Shown here: positions 36,403-37,277 of the stretch, one piece after another
Numbering within the stretch: position 1 is the first letter of the stretch
Layout: each line of letters opens with the position of its first letter
DNA from: a virus
Lineage: Duplodnaviria; Heunggongvirae; Uroviricota; Caudoviricetes
Virus record (IMG/VR): IMGVR_UViG_2711768166_000003
Length of the DNA stretch: 37,277 bases
Direction: 5' to 3' (one strand)
Position numbers and translations under genes: made by a program
The notes under the pieces: generated by a model
What the model saw: the letters and a program-made list of their open reading frames with translations, nothing else
What the model was told of the DNA's origin: nothing
Databases searched by the model: none

Positions 36403-36977
36403 CAAACGATGATTACATCCGTCTGTTGTCGGCACTGTTGCCCCCCGGTCCGGCGTGGTCAGCCAGCGATCCGGCGATTGCCGGTGCGGCACCGTCATTA
36501 TCCCGCGTTCATCAGCGTGCGGATGCCCTGATGCGGGAGCTGGATCCGCGCACCACCACTGAACTGATAAACCGCTGGGAGCGTCTGTGCGGTCTGCCGG
36601 ATGAATGTATTCCCGCAGGGACACAGACCCTTCGCCAGCGTCAGCAACGGCTGGATGCGAAGGTTAACCTGGCGGGCGGCATCAACGAGGATTTTTATCT
36701 TGCACAGCTTGCTGCCCTGGGCAGACCAGATGCCACTATCACGCGATACGACAAAAGCACGTTCACCTGCTCATCGGCCTGTACTGACGCTGTGAACGCG
36801 CCTGAATGGCGGTATTACTGGCAGGTCAACATGCCAGCCGCCACCAACACCACCTGGATGACATGTGGCGATCCCTGTGATTCCGCACTGCGTATCTGGG
36901 GCGACACAGTTGTCGAATGTGTGCTTAACAAACTCTGCCCGTCGCATACCTACGTAATTTTTAAATATCCGGAGTAA
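36393..36977 (+). CDS. Tail protein (Mu gp48-like, DUF2313; e14 YmfQ-like)
   Basis: 194 aa, the same size as e14 YmfQ as I recall it; precedes the tail fibre gene. Confidence 0.75.
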   Translation: MDVTNDDYIRLLSALLPPGPAWSASDPAIAGAAPSLSRVHQRADALMRELDPRTTTELINRWERLCGLPDECIPAGTQTLRQRQQRLDAKVNLAGGINEDFYLAQLAALGRPDATITRYDKSTFTCSSACTDAVNAPEWRYYWQVNMPAATNTTWMTCGDPCDSALRIWGDTVVECVLNKLCPSHTYVIFKYPE

Positions 36978-36980
36978 TCC

Positions 36981-37277
36981 ATGCATCGTATAGACACGAA
37001 AACCGCGCAGAAGGATAAGTTCGGCGCGGGTAAGAACGGTTTTACCCGTGGTAACCCCCAGACCGGCACGCCTGCCACCGATCTGGATGATGACTACTTT
37101 GACATGTTGCAGGAAGAGCTCTGCAGCGTGGTGGAGGCATCCGGTGCCAGCCTGGAGAAGGGGCGGCATGACCAGCTGCTTACCGCGCTTCGTGCGCTGC
37201 TGTTAAGTCGCAAAAATCCGTTTGGCGATATCAAATCGGACGGCACGGTGAAAACGGCTCTTCAAAACCTTGGTTTG
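36981..37277 (+). CDS. Side tail fibre protein, N-terminal part (continues beyond window end)
   Basis: ATG 36981 after GGAG; N-terminus [47 protein letters not shown] typical of enterobacterial prophage tail fibre proteins. Confidence 0.6.
   Translation, partial: MHRIDTKTAQKDKFGAGKNGFTRGNPQTGTPATDLDDDYFDMLQEELCSVVEASGASLEKGRHDQLLTALRALLLSRKNPFGDIKSDGTVKTALQNLGL

Larger units (their letters stand above)
1257..37277. mobile_element. Integrated lambdoid-type prophage (e14-like left arm, lambda-like lysis genes, HK97-type head, Mu-type contractile tail); right end lies outside the window
   Basis: Contiguous set of att fragment, int/xis, immunity region, replication, nin-like genes, Q, lysis, packaging, head and tail modules in canonical order. 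Confidence 0.9.

Overview
The window is almost entirely one integrated lambdoid-type prophage with an e14-like left arm, reaching from its icd-associated attachment junction to the start of a tail fibre gene. Host DNA is limited to the 5' part of sitA (minus strand, 1..341) with MntR- and Fur-box-like sites, followed by an AT-rich decayed spacer holding a short HEPN-motif ORF. The prophage runs: icd 3' fragment (att) | AT-rich cargo P-loop NTPase (KAP-like) | integrase and excisionase | YfdR/YfdQ/YfdP-like early genes | terminator, OL, CI repressor, OR, Cro | CII-like, O-like replication gene with internal iterons, Dam-type methylase, LexA-DBD protein, RusA, KilA-N, DUF968, Q antiterminator | an AT-rich two-gene cargo operon on the opposite strand | tR'-like terminator, then holin, R, Rz/Rz1 and bor, all close to phage lambda | HNH endonuclease, small and large terminase, HK97-type portal, protease and capsid | Mu-type contractile tail (sheath, tube, frameshifted chaperone, tape measure, baseplate, fibre start). 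The two best candidates for an undescribed accessory system are the two-gene cargo between Q and the lysis cassette (14856..17248: zinc-ribbon/NA37-like protein plus a membrane protein) and the solitary KAP-like NTPase between att and int (1764..3347). Protein identities rest on my reading of the supplied translations and recalled family motifs, not on any database search; no tRNA or CRISPR array was seen.
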